Assembly (NCBI GenBank): GCA_017432365.1
Contig: JAFRJG010000018.1
Coordinates: forward strand, 27,672 to 91,671
Reading direction: 5' to 3'
DNA length: 64,000 nucleotides
Source of the DNA: Candidatus Saccharimonadota bacterium
GTDB lineage: Bacteria; Patescibacteriota; Saccharimonadia; Saccharimonadales; Saccharimonadaceae
Made by a program: the position numbers and the translations under genes. How positions within the stretch are numbered: the first letter of the stretch is position 1; the number at the start of each line of letters is the position of its first letter. This document shows positions 7,305-16,444 of this stretch, in pieces. Under the pieces are notes generated by a model. The model searched no databases. It was not told where the DNA came from and saw only the letters and a list, made by a program, of their open reading frames with translations.

Positions 7305-10300
7305 TTATAGGTCCGCGAGTTCGGCCTCGGTCGGAGTGGCAGGGTCGAGAGGGGTAACGCCGGTTCCGACAGGGATTTTACGACCGATGATGACGTTTTC
7401 CTTGAGACCGTGGAGATGGTCAACGCGACCGTTGATGGCGGCGTTAATAAGGACGCGAGTCGTATCTTGGAAGGACGCGGCGGAGAGGAAGGAGTCGGAC
7501 CAAATCGAGACCTTGGTAATTCCGAGAAGGAGGGACTCGAAAGAGGACGGAGTCTTCCCTTCTGCGACGAGGGCGGCGTTTTCGGTTTCAACCGCGGCGC
7601 GGGAGACGACGTCGCCGGCGACGAAGGTTCCGTCGCCAGATTCGGTAATCATGACGCGGTTAAACATCTGGCGGATAATCACCTCAAAGTGTTTCGAGGA
7701 GATTTCGTGACCCTGGGCGGCGTAAACGGACATGACGTCGTTCATGATATAGCGCTCGGTCGCTTCGGTTCCCTTATACTTCAAGAGGTCTTGGAGATTC
7801 AAGGAGCCGGTCGTGAGGCGGTCGCCAGCCTTGACGAGGTCGTCGGTTTTAACGACGAGTTCGGCGGCGTTCGGGATTTCTAAGCGAACCGGAGCGCCAG
7901 CAGCGCCGACGAGGATAATTGCGCCTTCAACGAGCTGAGCGTTACCGTCGAACGGGGCGATAATCGGTTCGAGCCCTTTCGGTTTCGAGGCGATAACGTC
8001 GCCGGTCTTGACGGTTGCGCCGTCTTTAACTTTCGCTTTACGGTCGCCGAGTTCGATACGAGTCGTTTCGCCGGCTTCCGGGGTAATCGTGACGATGTAA
8101 TGATTGCCGTCTTCATGAGCTTCAACAACGCCGTCGATTGGCGTGACCCAAGCTTGACCCTTCGGGGAGCGGGCTTCGAGAAGCTCCTCGACACGCGGAA
8201 GACCGCGGGCGATAGCACCAGAACCGGCGACACCGGAACCGTGTTTCGTGTCGAGGGTGAGCTGAGTACCAGGTTCACCGAGGGATTGGGCAGCGATAAC
8301 GCCGACTGGCTGATTCGGTTCAACGAGGGCGCGGGTCGACATGTCAACGCCGTACGCCTTACGTGGGACGCCTCTCGTGGCGGTCGTCGTCAAGACGCTT
8401 TGGATTTTAACGGAGTCGATTTTGTCGTCGGCGGCGATTTGGCGAGCGAGGTCGGTCGTAATTAGTTCATCAGCGCCGAGATAACCCGGGACGGCCTCGG
8501 CGGTATAGCGACCAGCGATACGAGTTTCAAAGGCGATACCAGTTTGTTCGGTTTCGGATTTATAGACGGCGAAACCGGGGTCGTAGGCTTCTTCGTCGGT
8601 CGTGAAGACGTCTTGGGCGACGTCAACGAGACGGCGAGTCAAATAACCAGAGTCGGCAGTTCGGAGAGCGGTCGAGACCTGACCTTGGCGGGCGCCTCGG
8701 GTGGCGATGAAGGATTCGAGGGTGTTCAAACCTTCTTTGTAAGAACTTTTAACGGGAAGCTCGATTTCGTTGTTGTTAATATCGACCATGATACCGATTT
8801 CGGCAGAGGCGAGCTTGATGTTCGAGACGGAGCCACGAGCGCCGGAGTTGACCATGACGGCGATATCTGTGTCCATGGTTGCGAGTTTTTCCTTGAGAAA
8901 ATCGGAGATTTTCTTGTCGATATCGCGCCAGTTAGCAATGGTTAAGTTGCGACGTTCTTCTTCGGTCACGAGACCTTGGTTGAACTGGTCTTGAATCAGA
9001 GCGGTCTTGGCGTCGCCTTCGGCGATGAAGTCGGCGATTTCCGGATAAGTCGGGTAGTCGCCTTTCGCGGTTGAAACGGAGGCAATTGTTTCGTACTCGA
9101 ACGCGAGGTTTTTTACGGCGTCAGCGGTTTTTACAGTCGTTTCGGCGCCATAGAGGTCGAAGATGTCTGCCATGACCTTTTTCAACTGCTTTGAAGTTTG
9201 GACGGAGTTATCGAACGGATAATCCTTCGGGAGGATTTCGTTGAAGATAACGCGACCGAGGGTCGTATCGCGGATTTCCTTTTTCGCGAAGACGCGAATC
9301 GGGGTTTGGAGGGCGATAATTCCCTTGTCGTAGGCCATTTCTGCTTCGTAGATGGACGAGAACGCCTTAACCTGTTCAGTATCGGTTCCGGGCTTATCGT
9401 AGGTGAGGTAGTAAATACCGAGAACAACGTCTTGATAAATCGCAAGAACGGGGGCGCCGTCGGCGGGTTTCAGGAGGTTTTTAGTTGCGGACATGAGTTC
9501 GCGCGCCTCGGCTTGGGCGGCGTTCGAGAGTGGGAGGTGAACCGCCATTTGGTCGCCGTCGTAGTCGGCGTTAAAGCCGGAAGCGACGAGCGGGTGGAGC
9601 TGAATAGCTTTACCGTTGATGAGTTTAGGCTGGAAAGCTTGGACAGAGAGGCGGTGGAGCGACGGAGCGCGGTTAAGGAGGACATAGCGACCTTGAATAA
9701 CTTCGTCGAGGGCGTCCCAAACGATAGCCTCGCCAGCTTCAATCATACGCGCGGCAGAACGAATATTGCTGGCGGCTTCATGAGAGATGAGCCAAGAAAT
9801 GACGAACGGCTTAAAGAGTTCGAGCGCCATTTGTTTCGGGAGACCACATTCGTTCAGCTTTAATTCCGGACCGACGACGATAACCGAGCGACCGGAGTAG
9901 TCCACGCGTTTTCCGAGGAGGTTCTGGCGGAAGCGACCCTGTTTCCCTTTCAGGAGGTCGGAGAGGGACTTGAGCTTCCGACGCCCGTTTTGAGAGGCGG
10001 CGGAGCGGGAGCCGTGGGAGGCGGAGTTGTCGATTAAGGCGTCAACAGCTTCCTGGAGCATGCGCATTTCGTTACGGCAGATAACTTCTGGAGCGTTCAA
10101 GTCAAGCAGTTTCTTGAGGCGGTTATTGCGGTTAATGACGCGACGATAAAGGTCGTTCAAATCGGAGGTTGCGAAACGTCCGCCAGGGAGAGAAATCATC
10201 GGGCGGAGATCCGGAGGGATAACCGGAACGACGGTCAAAATTAGGTCGGTCGGCTTGATGCCGGCGGACTGCATACCCTCGAGGATTTTCAGGCGCTTAA

Positions 10301-11120
10301 TTAGCTTTTTCGCCTTTTGACCCTTGGCGGTTTCGGCTTCTTCCTTGAGTTCGTTAATCAAGAGGTCGAGGTCGATTTCATCAAGGAGCTTTTTAATCGC
10401 GGTCGCACCCATGCCGACTTCGATAAGGTCTTCGTATTCTTCCGGCAGGTTACGATAATCGAGTTCGGAGAGAACGGCGCCTTTATGGAAGCTTTCGAGG
10501 AGAGACTTACGCTTGATGTAGTCGGACTCGAGGTCTTCAAGTTCTTTTGTGCGAGCTTCTGCGAGAGCTTTAACGTCGGCGCCTTCGGCTTCCGATTCCT
10601 TATCATAACGTAATTTGATGGCGTTACGGGCGGCATCGGTTTGAGCCTCGAGGTCGGCGAGGACTTTGGCGATTTCCGCGTCTTTAGCCTCGGTGATGAG
10701 GTAAGTAGCGAAATAAACGACTTTTTCGATATTTTTAACGGTCAAGTCGAGCAAGGTCGCGAGAGCGGACGGGGTTCCACGCATGAACCAGATATGAGTT
10801 ACGGGGGCGGCTAAGGTAATATGTCCCATGCGCTCGCGGCGAGTGATGGACTTTGTGACGAGATTCCCCTCTTTATCAACGGCAGCTTCGCGAGAGCGGA
10901 CGCCCTTGAGCTTCGCGTCGTGGGGGTTAATATCTTTGACCGGTCCGAAAATCCGTTCGCAGAACAGACCGTCGCGTTCGGGTTTTTGGGTTCGGTAGTT
11001 GATAGTTTCCGGCTTTAGAACTTCGCCGTAGCTCCAGTTGAGAATATCCGCGCTCGAAGCGACGCTAAGTCGAATCGAGTCAAAGTCGGAGGCGGAGATA
11101 TAGTTGTCTATCCAAGCCAT
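7305..11120 (-). CDS. rpoC: DNA-directed RNA polymerase subunit beta'
   Basis: 1271 aa. Contains the NADYDGDQMAVH catalytic motif and GLFCERIFGP. Confidence 0.98.
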   Translation of the reverse strand: MAWIDNYISASDFDSIRLSVASSADILNWSYGEVLKPETINYRTQKPERDGLFCERIFGPVKDINPHDAKLKGVRSREAAVDKEGNLVTKSITRRERMGHITLAAPVTHIWFMRGTPSALATLLDLTVKNIEKVVYFATYLITEAKDAEIAKVLADLEAQTDAARNAIKLRYDKESEAEGADVKALAEARTKELEDLESDYIKRKSLLESFHKGAVLSELDYRNLPEEYEDLIEVGMGATAIKKLLDEIDLDLLINELKEEAETAKGQKAKKLIKRLKILEGMQSAGIKPTDLILTVVPVIPPDLRPMISLPGGRFATSDLNDLYRRVINRNNRLKKLLDLNAPEVICRNEMRMLQEAVDALIDNSASHGSRSAASQNGRRKLKSLSDLLKGKQGRFRQNLLGKRVDYSGRSVIVVGPELKLNECGLPKQMALELFKPFVISWLISHEAASNIRSAARMIEAGEAIVWDALDEVIQGRYVLLNRAPSLHRLSVQAFQPKLINGKAIQLHPLVASGFNADYDGDQMAVHLPLSNAAQAEARELMSATKNLLKPADGAPVLAIYQDVVLGIYYLTYDKPGTDTEQVKAFSSIYEAEMAYDKGIIALQTPIRVFAKKEIRDTTLGRVIFNEILPKDYPFDNSVQTSKQLKKVMADIFDLYGAETTVKTADAVKNLAFEYETIASVSTAKGDYPTYPEIADFIAEGDAKTALIQDQFNQGLVTEEERRNLTIANWRDIDKKISDFLKEKLATMDTDIAVMVNSGARGSVSNIKLASAEIGIMVDINNNEIELPVKSSYKEGLNTLESFIATRGARQGQVSTALRTADSGYLTRRLVDVAQDVFTTDEEAYDPGFAVYKSETEQTGIAFETRIAGRYTAEAVPGYLGADELITTDLARQIAADDKIDSVKIQSVLTTTATRGVPRKAYGVDMSTRALVEPNQPVGVIAAQSLGEPGTQLTLDTKHGSGVAGSGAIARGLPRVEELLEARSPKGQAWVTPIDGVVEAHEDGNHYIVTITPEAGETTRIELGDRKAKVKDGATVKTGDVIASKPKGLEPIIAPFDGNAQLVEGAIILVGAAGAPVRLEIPNAAELVVKTDDLVKAGDRLTTGSLNLQDLLKYKGTEATERYIMNDVMSVYAAQGHEISSKHFEVIIRQMFNRVMITESGDGTFVAGDVVSRAAVETENAALVAEGKTPSSFESLLLGITKVSIWSDSFLSAASFQDTTRVLINAAINGRVDHLHGLKENVIIGRKIPVGTGVTPLDPATPTEAELADL

Positions 11121-11121
11121 G

Positions 11122-14100
11122 TTAGAGTTCCTCTCCGAGGTCGACAGTTCCTTCGTCGCCCTCTGTTATGGTTAATCCTTCGGTTTCTAAGATTTCTTTA
11201 CTTTCTTCCGAGTCGAGGTCAGTAACGACCGGTTCGGTTTCTTCTTTATGAGCGTTATAAATCCGCTGGTCGTCCTTTTCACGTTCGATTTCGCGGGAAG
11301 TTTCTTCGATAACGTCGGAAGCGTCGCTCATTTCACCATGGTCGAGGAGGTCAACTTTTAGACCGAGACCTTGGAGTTCTTTGACGAGGACGTTGAAGCC
11401 TTCCGGAAGTTTCGGACCTTCGATTGGCTCGTTCTTGATGATGGACTCGTATGCCTTAGCACGACCGTAAACGTCATCGGATTTAATAGTCAACATTTCC
11501 TGGAGAGTCGTAGCGGCGCCATAAGCTTCAAGTGCCCAAACCTCCATTTCTCCGAAGCGCTGACCGCCGTTTTGGGCTTTACCGCCGAGAGGCTGTTGGG
11601 TGACCATGGTGTATGGTCCGGTCGAGCGGGCGTGGATTTTATCTTCAACCATGTGATGAAGCTTAATCATGTGCATGACACCGACCGAAGTGCGTTCCTC
11701 GAACGGTTCGCCGGTTAGGCCGTCGTAGAGCTGGACACGACCGTCGCGGTTAAAGCCGGCTTTTTCAAGCTCGTTCGAAATCGTTTCGTCGGGGACACCG
11801 TTAAAGGACGGGGTTGCGACTTTGTAACCGAGGGTGCGAGCGGCCATGCCGAGGTGAGTTTCGAAGAGCTGGCCGAGGTTCATACGGGACGGGACGCCCA
11901 TCGGGGAGAGAAGGATGTCAATCGGGGTACCATCTTCCATGAACGGCATGTCTTCGACCGGAAGAATCCGGGAGACAACGCCTTTGTTGCCGTGGCGACC
12001 AGCGAGCTTATCGCCGACGTCGATTTTGCGCATTTCGGCGACATAGATTTTAATTTGCATGAGGACGCCAGCCTTGAGGTCGTGACCCTGGTCGCGGGTG
12101 TAAATGCGGACGCCGATGACTTTTCCGGTACCGCCGGACATACGAACGGAGGTATCACGGACGTCTTTCGCCTTTTCGCCGAAGATGGCGCGAAGGAGGC
12201 GTTCCTCGGAAGAAAGTTCTTGTTCGCCTTTCGGGGTAATTTTCCCGACGAGAATATCGCCAGCGGAAACTTCGCTACCGACAGCGACGATACCGTCTTC
12301 GCCGAGATGACGCAGGGAATGTTCGGAGACGTTCGGGATGTCGCGGGTGATTTGTTCCGGACCGAGTTTCGTTTCGCGAACTTCGACATCGTAGTCTTTA
12401 ATGTTGATTGAAGTTAACTCGTCGTTTTCGACCAGGCGGGAGGAGATGACGATAGCGTCGTCCATGTTATAACCACGCCAAGGCATGAAGGCGACAAGGA
12501 GGTCTTTACCAAGGGCAAGCTCGCCGTCAGTAACGGAGGCGCCTTCGATAAGGACGTCGCCTTTTTTAACCTTTTGACCGCGGGTGACCTTAGTACGCAT
12601 GTTGTAGCAACGGTCGTCGTTGTTTTTCTCGAAATGAGTCAGTTTATATTCTTTTTCGGACTTGTCGGCGTATTTAACGATAACGGAGACGCCGTCGGCT
12701 TTTTTAACTTCCCCGTCAGCTTCGGCGAAGACGACTTGAGAGAGGTTTTTGGCGACTTCTTTTTCGATACCGGTACCGACTACTGGGGCGTCGGTTTTAA
12801 GAAGAGGGACAGCTTGTTTCTGCATGGCGCACGCCATGAGTGAGCGGTCAACGCGGTTCTTTTCGACGAACGGAATTAACGAGGCAGAAACGCCAAGGAT
12901 TTCTTTATGGGCGGCGTCGATATGGGTAACCTGAGAAGATTCGACTTGAGCCGGGGTTCCGTGGACACGGGCGGAGACATAAGTATCAACAAAGCGACCG
13001 GATTTATCGAGTTTAACGGAGGCGTCGGCGATAATCATGTCGTTCTCGAGAGAGGCGTCAACATAGACGACTTCGTTGGTAACTTGACCGTTTTTGACGA
13101 CGCGATACGGAGCTTCAATAAAGCCGTAGTCGTTAATTCGGGCGTAAGTGGCAAGGTTCAAGACGAGACCGACGTTACCACCTTCCGGGGTTTCTACGGT
13201 ACAGATACGACCGTAATGAGTTGGGTGGGCATCGCGGACATCAAAGCCGGCGCGTTCGCGGGTTAAACCGCCAGGGCCCATGCTACTCAGACGGCGCTTA
13301 TGAGAGAGTTCGGCAAAGGGGTTCGTTTCGTCCATGAGCTGAGACAGCTGAGAGGAGGCGAAGAACTCCTTGACGGCGGCAACGACCGGGCGCGAGTTCA
13401 AGAGCTGGGACGGGGTTACGTCGTCGAGGGAAGCCATGGACATGCGGTCGAGAATATTACGCTGGAGACGGAGCATGCCAAGGCGGAATTGACGTTGGAC
13501 AAGCTCGCCGACGAGTTTAATTCGGCGGTTGGCGAGGGAGTCGATGTCGTCAGGGGCGTCTTGAGTATCGTTTAGGCGAATGATTTCGCGAATGATGGCG
13601 ATAAGGTCTTGCATCTGGAGCGTGCGGTGTGCCGAATCGTTCGGAGTGTCGAAGCCGAGGCGTTGGTTGATTTTGAACCGACCGACGCGAGAGTAATCAT
13701 AGCGTTTATAATCGAAGAACGTACGTTCAATCATGTCTTTGGCGTTTTCGACAGTCGCGAGGTCGCCTGGACGCAGACGGCGATAAACTTCAATCAAGGC
13801 TTCAGACTGACCGCGGGAAGTGTCTTTGTCTAAAGTTGCCTTGAGATATTCCATTTCCGATTCGGAGAGGTCGGCGAATTTTTCCTGGATGTCAGAGTTT
13901 TTCGCGACGCCGAGGGCACGGAGAAGGGTCGTGACCGGGATTTTTCGGCGACGGTCGATTTTGACGTAGATGGCGCCGTTCGTGGCGGTTTCAAACTCAA
14001 GCCAGGCTCCGCGACCAGGAATAACCTTGGCGCCATAGTAATTTCGGGCGCCAATCGTGTCGGCAGTAAAGAAGACGCCGGCAGAGCGAATGAGCTGGGA

Positions 14101-14493
14101 GACGATAACGCGTTCGGTGCCGTTGACGATGAAGGTCGCGCGGTCGGTCATCCAAGGGTAATCGCCGAAGAAGATGTCTTGTTCTTTCTTCTCGCCGGAG
14201 ACCTTGTTCTCGAGTTCGACGATGACGTGGAGCGGAGCGTCGTAAGTCGAGAGGTTATATTTAGCTTCCGCTTCGGTCTCCGAGGGTTCTTTAAAGTAAT
14301 AATCTTTAAAGCGGAGCGCGAGCTTTTGACGAGTATAGTCCTCGATTGGGTTTAACTCGTTAAAGACTTCGCGGAGACCGGATTTGACGAAATCTTCCCA
14401 GCTGTCTTTTTGATGAGAGATTAAGTCGGGGATTGGGAGGGCTTGGTCTCCTTCGGTAAAGAAGAGACGACCAGTAGTGCCGGTTGTTGCCAC
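11122..14493 (-). CDS. rpoB: DNA-directed RNA polymerase subunit beta
   Basis: 1123 aa with a GTG start. Contains GRHGNKGVVSRILP, EMEVWALEAYGA and QLSQLMDETNP. Confidence 0.98.
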   Translation of the reverse strand: MATTGTTGRLFFTEGDQALPIPDLISHQKDSWEDFVKSGLREVFNELNPIEDYTRQKLALRFKDYYFKEPSETEAEAKYNLSTYDAPLHVIVELENKVSGEKKEQDIFFGDYPWMTDRATFIVNGTERVIVSQLIRSAGVFFTADTIGARNYYGAKVIPGRGAWLEFETATNGAIYVKIDRRRKIPVTTLLRALGVAKNSDIQEKFADLSESEMEYLKATLDKDTSRGQSEALIEVYRRLRPGDLATVENAKDMIERTFFDYKRYDYSRVGRFKINQRLGFDTPNDSAHRTLQMQDLIAIIREIIRLNDTQDAPDDIDSLANRRIKLVGELVQRQFRLGMLRLQRNILDRMSMASLDDVTPSQLLNSRPVVAAVKEFFASSQLSQLMDETNPFAELSHKRRLSSMGPGGLTRERAGFDVRDAHPTHYGRICTVETPEGGNVGLVLNLATYARINDYGFIEAPYRVVKNGQVTNEVVYVDASLENDMIIADASVKLDKSGRFVDTYVSARVHGTPAQVESSQVTHIDAAHKEILGVSASLIPFVEKNRVDRSLMACAMQKQAVPLLKTDAPVVGTGIEKEVAKNLSQVVFAEADGEVKKADGVSVIVKYADKSEKEYKLTHFEKNNDDRCYNMRTKVTRGQKVKKGDVLIEGASVTDGELALGKDLLVAFMPWRGYNMDDAIVISSRLVENDELTSINIKDYDVEVRETKLGPEQITRDIPNVSEHSLRHLGEDGIVAVGSEVSAGDILVGKITPKGEQELSSEERLLRAIFGEKAKDVRDTSVRMSGGTGKVIGVRIYTRDQGHDLKAGVLMQIKIYVAEMRKIDVGDKLAGRHGNKGVVSRILPVEDMPFMEDGTPIDILLSPMGVPSRMNLGQLFETHLGMAARTLGYKVATPSFNGVPDETISNELEKAGFNRDGRVQLYDGLTGEPFEERTSVGVMHMIKLHHMVEDKIHARSTGPYTMVTQQPLGGKAQNGGQRFGEMEVWALEAYGAATTLQEMLTIKSDDVYGRAKAYESIIKNEPIEGPKLPEGFNVLVKELQGLGLKVDLLDHGEMSDASDVIEETSREIEREKDDQRIYNAHKEETEPVVTDLDSEESKEILETEGLTITEGDEGTVDLGEEL

Positions 14494-14517
14494 AGAGAGT
14501 CCTTTTTAGTTAGGGTT

Positions 14518-14558
14518 AGTAATCTTTTAGCTTTTCAGCCATAGCGCCGAAGATTACT
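14518..14558 (-). promoter_or_regulatory. 9-bp perfect inverted repeat (AGTAATCTT / AAGATTACT, 23-nt loop) in the rpoB 5' leader
   Basis: Seen directly, about 25 nt upstream of the GTG start. Function unknown. Confidence 0.3.
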
Positions 14559-14633
14559 GCCGAGATTTATAACCGAGGGTCGCCGGTCCCGCGATTACGC
14601 CAAAAAATATCGGCAAACTGCTTCTTTTGATTG

Positions 14634-14661
14634 ATTATATAGAAAAAACATAAAAAAGCAA
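14634..14661 (-). promoter_or_regulatory. Possible rpoB promoter (minus strand: TTGCTT, 16 nt, TATAAT) overlapping the upstream terminator
   Basis: -10 box is ATTATA at 14634-14639 on the + strand; -35 is AAGCAA at 14656-14661. Confidence 0.4.
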
Positions 14662-14679
14662 GCTCTCGGCTTGCTTTTT
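14652..14679. terminator. Intrinsic terminator after the KH-protein gene: GCAAGC-loop-GCTTGC flanked by an A-run and a T-run
   Basis: Stem at 14658-14674, A6 on the left and T5 on the right. Confidence 0.7.
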
Positions 14680-14687
14680 GGTGATTT

Positions 14688-15053
14688 TTAGATGTCTAGA
14701 TCGTCGAGGTCTTCCATTTCTTTTCGCGTGTCTTCAGCGAGAGTTTCGGAAGGGGCGGACTCGGCAGGCTCTTCTTCGGAGGGGTCGGAAGTCGGAGCGT
14801 CGTCGGAGTCAGTGTTGACGATTTTCAGGTTATAGCGAGCGTCGTTTTTAGTTCCGAGGGCGCGGAGGAGGGTGCGCAAAGATTGTGCTGTGGCGCCACG
14901 TTTACCGATGACGCGACCGACGTCTTCAGGATCAACCGAGAGGGAGAGAAGGACGCCCTTTTCGTCGATTTTTCGGCTTACTTCGACTTTGTCGGGGTTG
15001 TTTACGAGGGTTTTTACGATGTATTCTACGAATTGCTGGTCGATGGTCGCCAT
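14688..15053 (-). CDS. KH-domain RNA-binding protein (KhpA/YlqC-like) with an acidic C-terminal tail
   Basis: Contains VGRVIGKRGATAQSLRTLL, a GXXG KH motif. Lies next to rpsP, as in the rpsP-ylqC synteny. Confidence 0.8.
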   Translation of the reverse strand: MATIDQQFVEYIVKTLVNNPDKVEVSRKIDEKGVLLSLSVDPEDVGRVIGKRGATAQSLRTLLRALGTKNDARYNLKIVNTDSDDAPTSDPSEEEPAESAPSETLAEDTRKEMEDLDDLDI

Positions 15054-15079
15054 AATTGCTCCTTTAAGTTTATTGAAAC

Positions 15080-15088
15080 ATTATACCA
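15080..15088 (-). promoter_or_regulatory. Extended -10 TGGTATAAT (minus strand) for the KH-protein gene
   Basis: ATTATACCA at 15080-15088 on the + strand. AAAGGAG SD follows downstream, before the ATG at 15053. Confidence 0.6.
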
Positions 15089-15118
15089 TAAAAAATAAGC
15101 CCACGGGCTTATTTTTTA
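15089..15118. terminator. Intrinsic terminator after rpsP: ATAAGCC-CACG-GGCTTAT flanked by an A-run and a T-run
   Basis: Stem at 15095-15112, overlapping the rpsP stop codon. It directly abuts the -10 box at 15080-15088. Confidence 0.7.
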
Positions 15119-15454
15119 TTCTGTGGCAGGCTGCTCTTCTTTTGGTTGGTTTTTGCGGAGCTTGTCGGCGTGCTTCGGGGATTTTTGTTTAGTCGGAGCC
15201 TTTTTGTACCAGGATGGGAGCTTGATGCCGTTCTTTTCTAACGTGAAGGCGACGCGAGAAGAAGGCTGGGCGCCGTTTTTTAAGTAGAACTCGATTTTTT
15301 CTTTATCGAGAACGGTTTGTTTAGTTTCGGGGTTGTAGGAGCCGACCTCTGCCACAACGCGCCCGGAAAGAGGGTGACGCTGGGATTCTTGGACGACTAT
15401 CCGATACACAGGGTGGTGTGTTCGGCCATTACGCTGCATGCGAATCGCGAGCAT
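15116..15454 (-). CDS. rpsP: 30S ribosomal protein S16 with a basic C-terminal extension
   Basis: Begins MLAIRMQRNGRTHHPVYRIVV, followed by GSYNP. Confidence 0.92.
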   Translation of the reverse strand: MLAIRMQRNGRTHHPVYRIVVQESQRHPLSGRVVAEVGSYNPETKQTVLDKEKIEFYLKNGAQPSSRVAFTLEKNGIKLPSWYKKAPTKQKSPKHADKLRKNQPKEEQPATE

Positions 15455-15531
15455 AGATTCTCCTTAGTTAATTTCAGGACATTTTAACATAAAGAGACGG
15501 AAAAAGGAAGAGGGGTTCGGGCGAGCTGGAG

Positions 15532-16239
15532 CTAGTTCGAAGCTTCGGTTGTAGAAGTCGTTTCGGTCTCGGTTGTGGAAGTTGCGTTTTCTGTAGTGGT
15601 TGTTGTGGAGGATTCTGCGTCGGTCGTGGTTTCGGTCTCAGTTGTAGTTTCGGATTCGGCTTCGGCGTCTTCTTCCTCTTCGGTTTCGAGTTCGGATTCG
15701 GTCTCGAGGTCTGAATCGCTTTCGGCGGGTTCTTCTACGTCAGAGGTCGATTCGGTATTGATAATGACGGTTGACTGGGACTCGGGGGAGCCAAGAAGGG
15801 AGTTTAGGGCGTTCGGGAAGATGAAGTAGAGGGCGCAGGCGCCACCAACCAAGAGAAGCAGGACAATGAGGAGGATAAACACGAGAGGAGAAGATTTTGC
15901 ATGGGGAGCTTTCACGCTAGCGCCGGCGAAGGCGGATTCGGTTGACATTGAGACGGCGGGAGTTTCTTTTTCCGCGGCGGCGATTAAATCAGCGGCGGGG
16001 TCAGAGGAGACCGGAGCCGGGTCAGCGGAGGCGGTCAGGGTTTCTTCAGACTCGGCAGGAGCGGGTTCGGGCGTTTCTTCCGGAGTCGGTTCCGGAGTCG
16101 GTTCCGGAGTTTCCGGAGCAGGAGCTTCGGGCGCTTCGGGCGCTTCCGGCGCGGGTTCACTCGACGGGGAAACCGGCTCGATTGGGTCAATCGGGTCGAT
16201 TGGCGGAGTTGGCGGGTTATCGGAAGGGTTGTTGTCCAT
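15532..16239 (-). CDS. Hypothetical low-complexity membrane protein: Pro/Glu/Ala-rich N-terminal half, one TM helix, Thr/Glu/Ser-rich C-terminal half
   Basis: 235 aa. TM segment is LVFILLIVLLLLVGGACALYFIF; contains PEAPEAPEAP and ETPEPTPEPTPEETPEP repeats. Confidence 0.6.
   Translation of the reverse strand: MDNNPSDNPPTPPIDPIDPIEPVSPSSEPAPEAPEAPEAPAPETPEPTPEPTPEETPEPAPAESEETLTASADPAPVSSDPAADLIAAAEKETPAVSMSTESAFAGASVKAPHAKSSPLVFILLIVLLLLVGGACALYFIFPNALNSLLGSPESQSTVIINTESTSDVEEPAESDSDLETESELETEEEEDAEAESETTTETETTTDAESSTTTTTENATSTTETETTSTTEASN
16078..16150. repeat. In-frame short tandem repeats: TTCCGGAG(TCGG) four times, then GCTTCGGGC three times
   Basis: Units start at 16078, 16090, 16102 and 16111, and at 16124, 16133 and 16142. 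They encode the PEPT and APE repeats of the 15532-16239 protein. Confidence 0.8.
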
Positions 16240-16271
16240 GTAAAAAGTTCCTGTTTAAGATAGTTATGTTT

Positions 16272-16280
16272 ATTCTAACA
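16272..16280 (-). promoter_or_regulatory. Extended -10 TGTTAGAAT (minus strand) upstream of the 15532-16239 gene
   Basis: ATTCTAACA at 16272-16280 on the + strand, leaving a 32-nt leader. Confidence 0.45.
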
Positions 16281-16444
16281 CAAGTTAAGGAGAAAAGTCT
16301 AGAACCAAAAAACCACCCCTTTAGCCTTGGCGTGGATTTTTGAACATATAAGCTCTCAACTTTATATATATTTTAAAGCCGACTCGCAGTTAGGCTTTTG
16401 TTCAAAACGAACTAAGTTAAGTTTAACGTAAGCGGGACGAGATG

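Noticed and set aside
7190-7591. A 133-aa minus-strand ORF (Pro/Ser/Arg-rich) overlapping the rpoC 3' end.
   Set aside because: It is an out-of-frame shadow of rpoC that extends across the terminator, and its sequence is low complexity.
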